64,000 bases of DNA from Podarcis gaigeae (lineage: Eukaryota): NCBI GenBank assembly GCA_964106915.2, contig OZ066920.1; one strand, 5' to 3'. The position numbers and the translations under genes were made by a program. This document shows positions 25,431 to 38,337 of the stretch, piece after piece. The notes beneath the pieces are model-generated. The model did not search any database and was not told where the DNA came from. It saw nothing but the letters and a program-made list of their open reading frames with translations. Positions within the stretch are counted from its first letter, which is position 1. Each line of letters opens with the position of its first letter.

Positions 25431-27845
25431 CATATCAGTTCTATCCATCTCAGAAATTAGGATATTGCCTCCATTGGCAGTCAAAGGTGCATCAGTGTTG
25501 CTTGAAATATTCTCTGCAGTTTGAACATTGGGTGTTGGAAAGGTGAACTCCTGTACCCTGGACTCAGAAGATAAACATAGCTGATAGGAATACGGCAATG
25601 TTCCTTCTTCATAGTTTGGTGGGAAAATGACTGTGTTGTTTGAATGGGGAACAGGAGCAAAACACTGCAGGAATTTCGGGTTCCCTGATCGCCGAATCTT
25701 CATGAGAATGGCCAGAATCACTGTCAGGAGGAATAAGAATGAAATCAAAGCTAAGGCCAGCACCAAGAAGAACTGCAGATCCGATTGATACTCGGAGTCA
25801 CTGGGCTGGTGGCTAATTTCCGGAAGTGCTTCCTGGAAGTTCTCAGCAAAAACCAGGTTGAGACTCACGGTAGCAGATAGTGGTGGCTGCCCATTATCCT
25901 TGACTAAGATGACGAGCTTCTGCTTCACAGCATCTCTTTCCAGAAAAGCCCGTGAGGTCCTGATCTCCCCAGTATGGGAACCAATGGAGAACAGCCCAGG
26001 TTCTGTTGCCTGGAGCAGATAGTAGGAGAGCCAAGCGTTGTGTCCAGAGTCAGCATCCACAGCCACCACCTTGGTCACCAGATAACCCTCCTCTGCTGAG
26101 CGAGGCACCATCTCAAACAAGGAGGAGCCCTCTACTCCTTCAGAAGGGTAAAGAATCTGAGGGCTTTGGTCATTCTGGTCCAGAATGCACACTCTCATGG
26201 TGGCATTGCTGCTGAGGCGGGGGGAGCCTCCATCTTCGGCCCTCACCTCCACTTGAAACTCCCTGACTTGCTCATAGTCAAAGGAGCGCTGAGCATAGAT
26301 AGTGCCAGTCTCAGAATTAATGGAGAGGAAGGACGAGAGAGGCAGCCCCTCAGTGATGCTGCTGCGAATGGAGTAGGTGATTTGAGCATTCTGGTCCACA
26401 TCTGGGTCGGAGGCTTTGACCCTGAAAATGGAGGAGCCTGAAGGGTTGTTCTCTGGGACATAGGCAGTATAATAGGGTTTCTCAAAGGCAGGGCAGTTGT
26501 CATTGATGTCTGAGATCTGCAGTGTGATGGTTTTGTATGTGGAAAGAGGGGGGTCGCCTTTGTCTGTGGCTGTGACTGTGATATTGTACTCTGGAGTTCT
26601 TTCTCTGTCCAAGGGGGCATCTGTGAGAAGCTTATAATAATTATTGGAGGCTGATACCATCTTGAATGGCAAAGTGTGTTGTATTTCACAAGCAATCTTC
26701 CCATTATCTCCAGAGTCTCTATCATTTACATTGATAAGGGCTACCAGGGTTCCTACTGCAGAGTCTTCAGGGATGGGGCTGGATAAAGAGGCAAGAATCA
26801 CTTCTGGCGCATTGTCATTCTCATCTAGGAGTGTTATTTGAACTTTACAGTGAGCCACTAATCCACCTCCATCTCTTGCTTCCACTGCCATTACATATCC
26901 TTCTGTTTCCTCAAAGTCCAGAACCTCCTTAACTATAATTGTTCCATCTTGTGAACCCAAGTGGAACTTCTGACGAGCACTTTCAGGGATGTTACTAAAA
27001 CTATAGTTTATCTGGGCATTTGAACCTTCATCTCTATCTGTGGCTGTCACCTGGACCACAGAAGACCCTTTGGGGGCATTTTCTTTCAGCTTGACCGCGT
27101 ATACTTTTTGAGTGAAGACTGGTGGGTTGTCATTTGCATCAATGACGGTGATCCATATTTTGGCTGTTCCAGTTCTGGCAGGCTTCCCTCCATCCAGCGC
27201 CGTAAGGATTAATTGGAAACTGCCTTCACTTTCCCGATCCAACTGTTTATTCAACACTAATTCTGCATATTTATTTCCGCCTTCTATTTCTCTCACTTCC
27301 AGAATAAAGTATGGATTTGTGCTAAGGTTGTAATCCTGGAGAGAATTCGCCCCAAGATCAGGATCTTCAGCTTGTCCAAGGAGAAATGTGGTGCCTTGTA
27401 AAGACAATTCACTTGTCTGCAGCTTGATATCCCCATTTACAAAAAGTGGTGCATTATCATTAATGTCTTGGATCTCTACAGTTATATGAAAAATATTCAT
27501 AGGACTCTCAACCACCACTTCAAAATTGATGGAGCAGAATGCAGTTTGCCCACATAATTCCTCTCTATCAATCCTTTCCCTTACATACAGATTTCCATTT
27601 TCTGCACTGAGAGTAAAGTATTGCTTTTTACCTAGGGAAAGGATATGCAGATTGTAATTTCCTATTTCTCCATTATTCAGGCTCACGTCTTTCGCTAGGT
27701 TTCCCACAATGGATCCCTTTTCCATTTCCTCAGGGATGGAATAATGAATGTGCTCTGAGGCAATCTGACCACACAGAGAGTATAGTAAGAGGAGAGGTAC
27801 TTGCCTTCGTAGGGATCTCCTGCTATCTTTCTGTCTGCCGGCCAT
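25431..27845 (-). CDS. PCDHGB: Protocadherin gamma-B-like variable exon V5 (subtype Y)
   Basis: 834-aa ORF 25341..27845; donor ATG|GTGAGT at 25431/25430. Confidence 0.95.
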
Positions 27846-28099
27846 CCCTCTTGCAGAGAAATGTGCTTTATCCTTTCTTTCTGTGATTAGTTAATTTGAG
27901 GCGTATTAAATCCCATTCACTCTGTAGAAGTGTTCAATAAAGAATTATGAACGAAGTCAGTAGCTGCTGCTGGATTTCTATACTTTGCAGTGGTTTTGTT
28001 CCTGTGTTCTGCTGTTTCCCAGCTCTGTAGTTTGTTCATGAGCAATCAAATTGCAAAAGCATCTGGTAGTGGATTCTCCACTCCTCCATGAGAACTATA

Positions 28100-28141
28100 T
28101 TGGCCAACAGTGACACTCTGAGTCTTAGATGGGGAACTGCA
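28100..28141 (-). promoter_or_regulatory. CSE/CTCF-type promoter element of V5 (CACT variant)
   Basis: ttggccaacagtgacactctgagt...gggaactgca. Confidence 0.8.
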
Positions 28142-29817
28142 AGATGTGTCTTTTCTTTTACGTAAATAACATATAAGGGATTTCTTGCCATTTTTAATCT
28201 TACGTACAATGATTCTCAGGTAGAGAATCTTTTGTGGTATGGTAAAAAAAAGAGAGCTTGGTCTCTGTGTTTTGAAATTAGGATAAGCAACAACTCAACT
28301 TAATTAGACAAAACTGACCTACAGAAAACAAACAAATTATATATTTTAGAAATTATCCCTTTCCCAAGTAATTTATGTCATTTTCCCTACCTTATTACCG
28401 TTGAGTACTTAGGAATGATAGCTTCAAAATACCAGAGAAAATAGATTATTTTGTAATAAACATACAAGGGTGCTGAAAATTATTCCAGTCATTTAATTTG
28501 CCCCTACGGTGCTTTCACACTTTCGTAGCAGCATATTTGGCATTGCTCATGGGGGTGCGCTTCAGAAAACTGAACTGACTGATTAGTGTCCTTGTCTGAT
28601 AGTACAGTTGTGCAATCGTATTTTTCTGACAGTTAGAAACTGTTCATCCATATAGGTACGTGTCAACATATTTAATCACAGGAAGTGGTTCTCAGACCTA
28701 ATGAATTCTGAGTTTAAAAGTTATTTTCCCAAAATGTGCAATAAGGCCTTTGGAATCTTTGTGTCACACAAAATTTTCCCTCTAAGGTACCACAGTTCTA
28801 CTTTCTATTGCACCAACTGTCTTGCGGGCAATCATCTCCGAACCTACTTACCAGTTGATGCACTTAATCAGTTATGTATGTAGCTGTGTTAATTGACAGT
28901 GATGTGAGTGATTTGGGATACCTGGAGAAATTCCTAATGTTTGGCAAGTTCTTTTTCTCCTCTTAAGGCATTACTTGACTTATGCAACTCAGTCATATAA
29001 TGAGAACAGCACTAAAAGTACAATGCCTACTCAAGATCATGCTACAGTTTTTCTTGGGAACTTGAGTCCTCTCTCCCCACCCCTCAGGCTTTCCGTAGGC
29101 TTCCCTCCCTTCCCAGATCACATCCCTCAACCCCTCACTGGCCTTCTTCCATGCCCTCCTCAAGAGTTTTTGCTGGCTGCAATGTGTCCTTGAACTAAGA
29201 TATTGCTGCTTGCCTGGCTGGAGGAGTCAAAGATCTATAGAAGTGGAGATATTAAAACCTCTGAATTTTGCATGGTTGAAATGTGGTCTATTGTACAAAG
29301 GTAAGAGTCACATCAATAAAATATCGTGGTTGGAATGCTAAACAGTGGAATGCTAGATTACGTTGTGGAATACTAAAGCAGCACTTGACAAGGCATCATC
29401 TAGCACTACTATGGCTACCTAAATGTCTCGTAAAATCACTTACTATACTTTTCCCATGATGTAGAGAGAAGGAGAATGTAGTCTAGAAGACTTGTCTCCA
29501 ATGTAAACACGTTATTATGAGTAGGAGAGGAAAGCATGCATTGTGAAATGGTACACTCAGAGGAGGACTAGAAGATCCGTGTTTATTTTCTGAACTTCCA
29601 GATCAGTATTGTATTCTTTTGATGAAATTCTGAACAATATGGTGACGTAGCTCAAGTGTGTGTGTCTTCCTCAGAAGTAGAACCTTTACAGTGCATGCGC
29701 ATATTGCTTCGCTCAGTGAATGGGACCTTCATTTAAAAGCTTTCTCAGGATAGAGAGCTGAGCAATATAATGCAGCTCCTTCTACACTGGAAGAAAAATT
29801 AAACACAAAAGTAACTA

Positions 29818-30174
29818 CAGTGGTGCCTCGCAAGACGAAATTAATCCATTCCGTGAGGCTCTTCGTATAGCGGTTTTTTCGTCTTGCGAAGCAAGCCCAT
29901 TGACAGCTTAGCGGATTAGTGGTATTAGCGGTTTAGCGGCTTTTAGCGATCAGCTGTTAAGCGGCTTATCAGCAGATCAGCTGATAAGCGGCTTAGAGGC
30001 TTAGGAAAAGGGGGGGAAATAGGGGGGGAAACCCGCAGGAACTCGCAAGACATTTTCATCTTGCGAAGCAAGCCCATAGGGAAATTTGTTTTGCGAAGCG
30101 CCTCCAAAACGAAAAACCCTTTCGTCTAGCGGGTTTTCCGTCTTGCGAGGCGTTCGTCTTGCGGGGCACCACTG
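29818..30174. mobile_element. Tc1/mariner(pogo/Tigger)-type MITE
   Basis: TIRs CAGTGGTGCCTCGCAAGACGAA / TTCGTCTTGCGGGGCACCACTG, TA on both sides, internal cgtcttgcga and ttagcgg repeats. Confidence 0.88.
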
Positions 30175-30474
30175 TATTTTGGAACAGCTCTTAGTCTTCA
30201 CCAAAATCACAGGTGTTTGGGACGATATATGTGCATGCTTGTGTGTGCAGGTGCACACATAAGTCCCATCCTCAACATTTCTGTGTGTGCACATTCATTT
30301 CAGACCTCCTGCATTTGGCACACCTCCTTGGCTGAATTCAGCCCCAAACTCTTAGCCTCAGTAACTTGACATCTACACAAAACATAGCTATGACATAAAA
30401 TACAGACAAATCCACAGTCTCTTCATTTGCTAACAGAACTTCTGTAGATAGAATAAATTAGAAGCACATGGTTA

Positions 30475-31500
30475 GCATAAAAATATAAGAAGAGCATGTT
30501 GAATCAGGCGAGTGTCCTATTTAGTTCAGAATATTATTTTCCTTGCGGCCAACTGGTTGCCTACAGGAAGCCCAAAAGTGGGACCTGAGTGCAACAGCAC
30601 TCTCCTCACTTCTGATTCCCAACAACTGGTATTCAGAGACATACTATCTCTAACTATGGAGATAGAACCTAGACACCATTGCTAGCAGGCCATGAAACAA
30701 TGTTGTCCATGAATGTGTCCATTTCCCTTTTAAAACCATCCAGGTTAGTGGACATCACTACCTCTCATGGGAACAAACTCCGCAGTTTAACTCAGTGCTG
30801 TGTGAAGAAGTATTTTCTGCTGTCTGTCCTGAATCTTCCAACATTCAGCTTCATTGGATGTGTCTTAGTTTTAGTGTTATGTGGGGAAGGGGCACTTATC
30901 CATCCACACTTTCCATACAACACATAATTATATACACCTATACCATGTCTTCACTTAATTGCCTTTTCTGTAAGCTGTATCAAGTAAATTAAAAGGGTGA
31001 ATGGCTCCATCCCCTTGTCAATTTTGGTTCATATTTTCCAGCTCCACCTTACCGGTTTTTAGGTAAGTTGACCAGAACTATACACAGTATACCAAATTTA
31101 TTTTCTTTTTTTCACAGCTGCCTCACGCTATGTCAACATCTTCATCAAACTGTTTGCTATGACCCCAAGGTCTCATTCCTGTTTAATCCCCATAAGCATA
31201 TATGTGAAACAACAGTTCTTTTAGCCCACTTTACACTTGTTCGCATTAAATTGCATTTGCCATTTTACTGTCCATTCACTCAGTGTGGTTTGGAGAGATC
31301 CTTTGCGAGCTCTTTGCAACCCCTTCTTGTTTTAACCACTCTGAACTATTTGGGATTAGCAAATTTGGCTACATCATGGCTCACTCCTAATTTTAGATCA
31401 TTTATGAACACGTTTAAAAGATCAATACTCATTCTTGGAGGATTATACCTTCTACATCTCACTGTAAGGAGAATCGTCACTTTATTCCTAATCTCCATTT
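30475..31500 (-). mobile_element. Degenerate CR1-type LINE 3' fragment
   Basis: Minus strand near 31350-31410 reads VFINDL...VAKFA (RT FINDL/KFADD region); CR1-like 3' region toward 30480. Confidence 0.65.
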
Positions 31501-31610
31501 ACCAATCTCATCTTATTCCATAACTGCTAAAATAGAATAAAAAATTCTGCAGAAATGTGGGGAAGGGTATCAAAGGTGCAATACAAATAATTGCTAACCA
31601 TAAAGCTTAC

Positions 31611-34031
31611 CTCTTCATCCTTAGCCTTTTCAGAATGAAAATTGTTTCCTTCATTGCCTGTAAAAGGCACAGCAGGTTTTTCACCGCCAATAATATTGTC
31701 TACCATCTGAACACTGGGTGTCAGGAAGGCAAACTCATTCTTCCTGGACTCAGAAGACAGACACAGCTGGTAGGAATAGGGCAAAGTCCCATCTTCAAAG
31801 TTGGGTGGGAAGATGGCACCATTCTTGGAATGGGGAACAGGACCAAAGCACTGTAGGAACCTGGGATGCCCTGATTGACGGAGCTTCATTGTAACGGCCA
31901 GAATCACAGTCAAGAGGAACAAGAAGGAGATCACAGCTAAGGCCAGCACCAAGTAGAACTGCAGGTCAGACTGATACTCCGAGCTGCTGGGTTGGCTCTT
32001 CATTTCCGGAAGGGCCTCCTGAAAGTTCTCAGCAAACACCAGGTTCAGAGTAATGGTGGCCGAGAGAGACGGCTGCCCGTTATCCTTCACCATAATGACC
32101 AGTCTCTGTTTCACAGCGTCTCTCTCCACAAAGGCCCTGGCGGTCCTGATCTCTCCAGTATGAGAACCAACCGTGAAGAGTGCCGGCTCAGTGGCCTGAG
32201 TCAGATGGTAGGAGAGCCAGGCGTTGTGTCCAGAATCTGCATCCACGGCCACCACCTTGGTGACCAGATAATCTGCCTCGGCCGAACGAGGCACCATCTC
32301 AAACAAGGCTGAGCCCTTGGCTTCTTGTGAGGGGGACAGGATACGAGGGCTGTTATCATTCCTGTCAAGAACAAACACCCTGACGCTCACATTGCTGCTG
32401 AGAGGGGGAGAACCCCCATCTTGGGCCTTCACTTGCAGCCGGAACTCTCTGAATTGTTCATAGTCAAAGGATCTCTGGGCATAGATGGTGCCGGTCTCAG
32501 AATTAATGGAGATATAGGAGGAGATGGGAAGCTCCTCGATGTTGCTTTTGAGGATGGAGTATGTGATCCGTGAGTTCTGGTCCATGTCGGGATCAGAGGC
32601 TTTGATGGTGAAAATGGAGGCACCTGAAGGATTGTTTTCTGGCACATAGAGGTTGTAGGATGATTTCTGAAAAGTAGGGGCATTGTCACTGATATCCGAG
32701 ATCTGTAGTGAGATTGTTTTGTGTATGGAAAGAGGCCGAGTTCCTCTATCAGTGGCTGTGATTGTAATATTATATGAAGGAGCTATTTCTCTGTCCAAAG
32801 GACTGTCTGTCTGGAGTTTGAAGTAATTATTAGATGAGGGAAGAATATTGAAGGGTAAACCATCTTGTAAGTAGCAAGTAACCTTCCCATTATCACCACT
32901 ATCTTTGTCATTCACATTGATCAGAGCAATGACAGTTCCCGGCAGAGAATCCTCAGGAACAGGGCTGAACATGGAGGCTAAAGTCACCTCTGGGGCATTA
33001 TCATTCCCATCAAGCACAGTTATTTCAATGTTGCAGTGTGTCACCAATCCACCTCCATCCTTTGCTGCTGCTGTCATAGTATATCTTCTTGTTTCCTCAA
33101 AATCCAACATCTGCAGAAGGGAGATTATGCCATCAACTGGATCCAGGCCAAATTTCTTTTGTCCATTCACTGGAATGTTGCTGAATTCATATCTGATCTG
33201 GGCGTTTAAACCATCATCTTTGTCAGAGGCTACAACTTGGAGCACAAAGGACCCAACAGGAGCTTCTTCATGCACACTGACCTTGTACACTTCTTGAGTG
33301 AAAACTGGTGGGTTGTCATTGGCATCTGTGACGTTAATCCATATCTGGGCAGTCCCTGTTTTTCTGGGTTCCCCCCCATCCAAGGCTGTAAGGATCAAGT
33401 GAAGGGAGTGCTCACTTTCCCGATCCAAAGATTTCTGCAACACCAGTTCTGCATTTTTACTTCCATCTTCCATTTCTCTAACTTCCAAAGTGAAGTACCG
33501 ATTGGTGCTCAACTGGTAATTCTGGAGGGAATTCATCCCAATGTCAGGATCTTCAGCTTTCCCAAGGAGAAATCGTGCGCCTGGTACAGTAAATTCACTT
33601 GTCTCCAAGTTGATGTTATCATTGGGAAACAGTGGTGCATTATCATTAATGTCCTGAATTGCTATAGTTAAATGGAAGATATTGAGGGGATTTTCAACTA
33701 CCACTTCAAAATTTACTACGCAAATGGGAGTTATGTCACATAGCTGCTCCCTATCTATTCTGTCACTTACATAGAGGTTTCCATTCTCTGCATTAATACT
33801 GAAATACTGCATTTTGTTCAAAGAGACAGCATGCAGATTGCGCTTTGCAAGATCTCTTGTATTCAGTCCCAAATCCTTGGCCAGATTCCCCACAATCGAA
33901 CCCTTTGCCATCTCCTCAGGGATAGAATAGCGAATCTGCTCTGAGGCAGCCCAGCAGGAAGGCGACAAAAGTAAGAGAAGCAGTACTTGCCTTCTGAGTG
34001 TTCTGCCATTGTCTTCGTGCCTTCTGTCCAT
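31611..34031 (-). CDS. PCDHGB: Protocadherin gamma-B-like variable exon V6 (subtype X)
   Basis: 834-aa ORF 31527..34031; donor GAG|GTAAGC at 31611/31610. Confidence 0.95.
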
Positions 34032-34289
34032 CTGGCTTTACAACAAATTAGCTGCTTCCTTTTGCAGGTCAGATCAAAGCCCCATCAAGGTGCAGGATCA
34101 CCATAAGGAAAAATAAGCTGCCTTTCTTCTTAATGTTTATAGAAAGTAGTTGAATTTTCTTTTCCTTTCTAGCAGGATTGCTCTGTCTTTGTGATGTGCT
34201 GCTTGTCCAACTTGCACAGCAATGATTAAACAGTTGCTCCTTAGGAAACACATGCGTGGATCTTTTCTCTTATCAGTCTGGCTGCCACA

Positions 34290-34331
34290 CTGGCCAACAG
34301 TGACACCCTGAGGCTCAAATGGAGAACTACA
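34290..34331 (-). promoter_or_regulatory. CSE/CTCF-type promoter element of V6 (CACT variant)
   Basis: ctggccaacagtgacaccctgagg...gagaactaca. Confidence 0.8.
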
Positions 34332-36577
34332 AGGGATTTTTTTTCTAATTTACTGTAGTTGAAAATAGAACAGCAGTTTGGGTATTATATTTTGGAATGT
34401 GAAGGAGAAACATCCCAATGCTAAGAGCTGTTCAGCAATGGAGCTGCTTTGCTGCAGTTATTCAAGCAGAGCCAGGACAGTCATATATTGGGGATTCTCT
34501 CTTTCCTGCAGGGCTTGGCACTGGGGTGGGAATCTCCTCTGATATGATTCTGTGTTTCTCCAAGTGCAACTTTCCTTGTATACAAGGATCTGCTTCCACA
34601 ATTTATGAGCCAGCATTTCTTTTTTCCTTTCTATTTTTGAATTACCTCTCCAGCAGCTTTTACTTTAAGACGTTTTACTACAGTGACTGTTGCACTGTTT
34701 TGTCTGGAAATAATTTGTACTAAAAGAGAAACTTGACTAAGCTTCATAGAATGGAAACTAGAACTACGGCACTGATATCCCATTGATCTTATTTTGCATT
34801 TCCCTGATAGAAACATGGGCAATTGTTGCTGATATCTGTGATTTCTGCTTTGATGCCAAAGATATAATCTCAAAATGTAACAGATAAGTTTACCCAACCA
34901 CAGATCTCTTGCTTTTTTCAGTTTTATTAGAAGGGATATTTCCCCCAAATAAATCAGAATAAACCTATGAGCTGACAATGGTCTCAGCTGTCCTATAGAA
35001 CACAAACATAAACCAAAGTGTGTCAAACGAAAACAAAACAAACACAGATAGGGTTTTTTAGTGTTTGATTAGAATCCAGAGCTTTTGCTCTCCTATTCTT
35101 GTTAGTTTCTTCCTTCCTCCTAAAAAACAACATTGGCTTTGAGAAAGAAAAGGTGTTAGCAGGTGACAGGAGGATTCCTTGACTGTAGAATTCTGGTCAC
35201 CTGGGCCTCTAGTGACAAATATTGATATAGTAGCACCCCCAGATTATGAACCTGCTCTTTCAGGAGGACCCCATCCAAAGAAAACAACTGACCAGTTATC
35301 CAGCCTCAGGGACACCCACTCAAAGCTCCTCTGTCTTGCCAGGATTCAGAGTTTTGTTGGCCATCATTCAGCTGAACACTAAGCCTAGGCACTAGTCCAG
35401 GGCTTGCACAACCGCTTCTGATTCAGAAGTTACAGAGAAGTAGAGCTCAGCATCATCAGCATGCCGATGACACATTGCCCCAAATTTCTCAATGACTATC
35501 TCCAGAGGCTTCATATATAGATGTCAAACAGCACTGAAGACAAAATGGTACCCTGTGGCACCCACCAGCACAACTGCCAGTGGGCTCAAAGACAATCACC
35601 CAAGGCTGTTTTCAGAAAGTGACTCTGGAAATAGAATCAGAACCATTGTTAAACAGTGTCTCCAGTACCCATCCTATTAAGTCAGTTCAGAAAGATATAA
35701 AGGTAATGGTGTCAAAAGCCACTGAGAAATCAGGTAAGGTTAAAAGGATTATACTTCCCCTGTACTTCCCCTAGTAAAGATCACCCATCAGAGTGACAAA
35801 GGTCAATTAAGACCCATAACCAAGGCCTGAAAGCAGATTGAAATGGGTCAAGATAATCTGTTTTGTTCCAGAGTACTTGTATCATCACTTCTGACATTGT
35901 GGCTCCTTGTGATATTCAAGTCAACTAGCAGTTACAAGGTTATCCTAAAGCAAATCTTTGAAAGACAGGTATGTATCCCTCAGTCAGCATTCCTTCTCCC
36001 CTTTCCCTACTCCATCCCAACACCAGAGCACATTAGTTTTCCCCCACCTATATTTTATGGATAAGAACAAATCAGTGTGCCTTCTTGACATATCATTTCC
36101 AGGATTTAATGATCCCCCATGGCATTATTTCATGGGCAATATTAGATTCACTTACTGCGTGTTACAAAGGTTTCCCCTTCTTAAATACTAGATACCATGG
36201 GTGGTATCCAGTGCTCTAGACCCAAGTAGAGCTAAATAGTATCTACATTATACAATTCCACATATTATACAAAATCTATATGCTACACCATGTTAAACAG
36301 AAAATTATGTAGATCCTAAGGAAAGCAAATTTGCTATAAAGGACATATCAAGAATTGCACCTATTGCACAACTATTTCGGAAGAAATAATACTGAACTAA
36401 TCCCTGGATTTGTACCCCAAAATGAGTAAATAGTGGGGATAATTATTGATTCATCAAAGATAGATCTATCAGTCCCAAGTTTCTTTGGTTTTTCGTCTTT
36501 ATCTGTTTGTCTTTATCTGTGATTGAGTGCCCTGAACATCAAAAAGCATGTCACATTTATACCAGCTGTAGAAATTA

Positions 36578-36818
36578 CAGTGGGACCTCGGCTTACATAC
36601 ACTTCAGGTTACATACGCTTCAGGTTACAGACTCCGCTAACCCAGAAATAGTACCTCGGGTTAAGAACTTTGCTTCAGGATGAGAACAGAAATTGTGCAG
36701 TGGCGGCACAGTGGCAGCAGGATGCCCTATTAGCTAAAGTGGTGCTTCAGTTAAGAACAGTTTCAGGTTAGGAACAGACCTCCGGAACGAATTATGTTCT
36801 TAACCTGAGGTACCACTG
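36578..36818. mobile_element. Tc1/mariner-type MITE, second family
   Basis: TA|CAGTGGGACCTCGG ... CCTGAGGTACCACTG|TA imperfect TIRs. Confidence 0.8.
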
Positions 36819-37167
36819 TATAAGGCAAAGGGAAAGGGAATAATTGGAAAAGGGAATAATTACACTTATTTGACTGACTGGATTTTAATTTATAGTCCAA
36901 TGCTTTAGATTATTAATCTTGTATGATTAATTTTGTTGTACTGATATATCTTATGTTTAATATTATTTAAATTTCCTTATAGTTTTGTATCATTTCGTAT
37001 GTCAACTTGGGGTATGTGGATTTTATATGGAAGTGCTAATTCACTTTGCCTTTCCTTATATTACTCTCAATACATTGCTATGGTCTGTGACTATCACAAT
37101 GCATTCATTCATGACAGGCCGAGGCGTGAGCTTTGGGCTAGTGATGTTCCAGGTCAAAAAGCAGAAA

Positions 37168-37322
37168 GGTCATAGCTCAGTGGTAGAGAATCTGCTTTTC
37201 CTTCAAAAGGTTCAAAGTTCAATCCTCAGAATCTTGAGGTAGGAAAGCGAAGGTCTTCTGTCTGAAGACCTGGAGAGCTGTTGCTAGTTAGTGGGGACAG
37301 TACTGAGCTTGATGGACCAAGT
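37168..37322 (+). mobile_element. Old tRNA(Ala)-like SINE (Squam3-like)
   Basis: catagctcagtggtagag...gttcaatcc...ctggagagc...tactgagcttgatggaccaa. Confidence 0.65.
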
Positions 37323-37460
37323 GTGTCCATAGTCTTGAGGGAACCTCCAGTTTTACAGAAGTACAAAAAAACAGGAAAAGGTGAAACCCAAACTGACCAA
37401 AGACAGCAGAGCATGCTCAGTAGAAACACAATGCTCAAGGCCTGTTGCAGGAGAAAAATA

Positions 37461-37787
37461 CAGTGGTGCCCCGCAAGACGAATGCCTCGCAAGACGGAAA
37501 ACCTGCTAGATGAAAGGGTTTTCCGTTTTGGAGGTGCTTCGCAAGATGAATTTCCTATGGGCTTGCTTCGCAAGACGAAAATGTCTTGAGAGTTCCTGCG
37601 GGTTTTTTCCCCTTCCCCCCCTTTTTCTAAGCCGCTTATCTGCTAAGCCGCTAAGCCGCTAAAAGCTGCTAAGCCACTAATAGCGCTAATCCGCTAAGCC
37701 GTCAATGGGCTTGCTTCGCAAGACGAAAAAACCGCTAGACGAAGAGAATCGCGGAACGGATTAATTTCGTCTTGCGAGGCACCACTG
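37461..37787. mobile_element. MITE of the same family as 29818-30174, opposite orientation
   Basis: Same TIRs and TA TSD; internal sequence is the reverse complement of the first copy with a shorter central repeat. Confidence 0.88.
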
Positions 37788-38337
37788 TACAAAACAGGGG
37801 AGGAGGAAGAATGGGATATTATGGAAAAAGCTGGCTGAAACCAGGCCCCATTTGTTAATCTGTAACATTCAAAGCACAAAAAATATTCAGTAAAGACCTC
37901 CAAAATTTCAGCTAAAGTTCTGAAGCAAGTCTCCAGACTTACAAATTGCACACACCTCGTCCCTTACATATGCCAAGAGATCCCACCATTTGCAGCATTG
38001 TGTTGGTTCTATAGGGACATTCAGTTGAATTCATGAAGATCAAGATTAGGGAAAAAGGATAAAGTGAATACAAATATCCAAATGGGAATCACAGGGAATG
38101 AAATAATTAATTAAACTATATTACCTGTATATACCAAGATGAAAGAGTAAACTGATTATTATAACATACTTTCAAATATTCAATCTCAGTAAAAAAAATT
38201 GCACCAATTGTGTAGTAGCAGATACTGTTGAAAAGAAAACTCTCCGAGATGAGTGAGCTTAAAATATATTACTACTCTATTGATATGCAGGGAATGCAGA
38301 ATCTGTTCACCATGTTCTGCTGAAAAAAACAACTCAC

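Noticed and set aside
29818-30174. CRISPR-like or regulatory repeat array (cgtcttgcga, ttagcgg repeats)
   Set aside because: Eukaryotic context, irregular spacing, enclosed by TIRs with TA TSD: MITE internal repeats.
38303-38313. Alternative in-frame donor ATG|GTGAAC 27 nt downstream of the V7 donor
   Set aside because: Weaker than the upstream GTGAGT site and not conserved in V5/V9; no support without RNA data.
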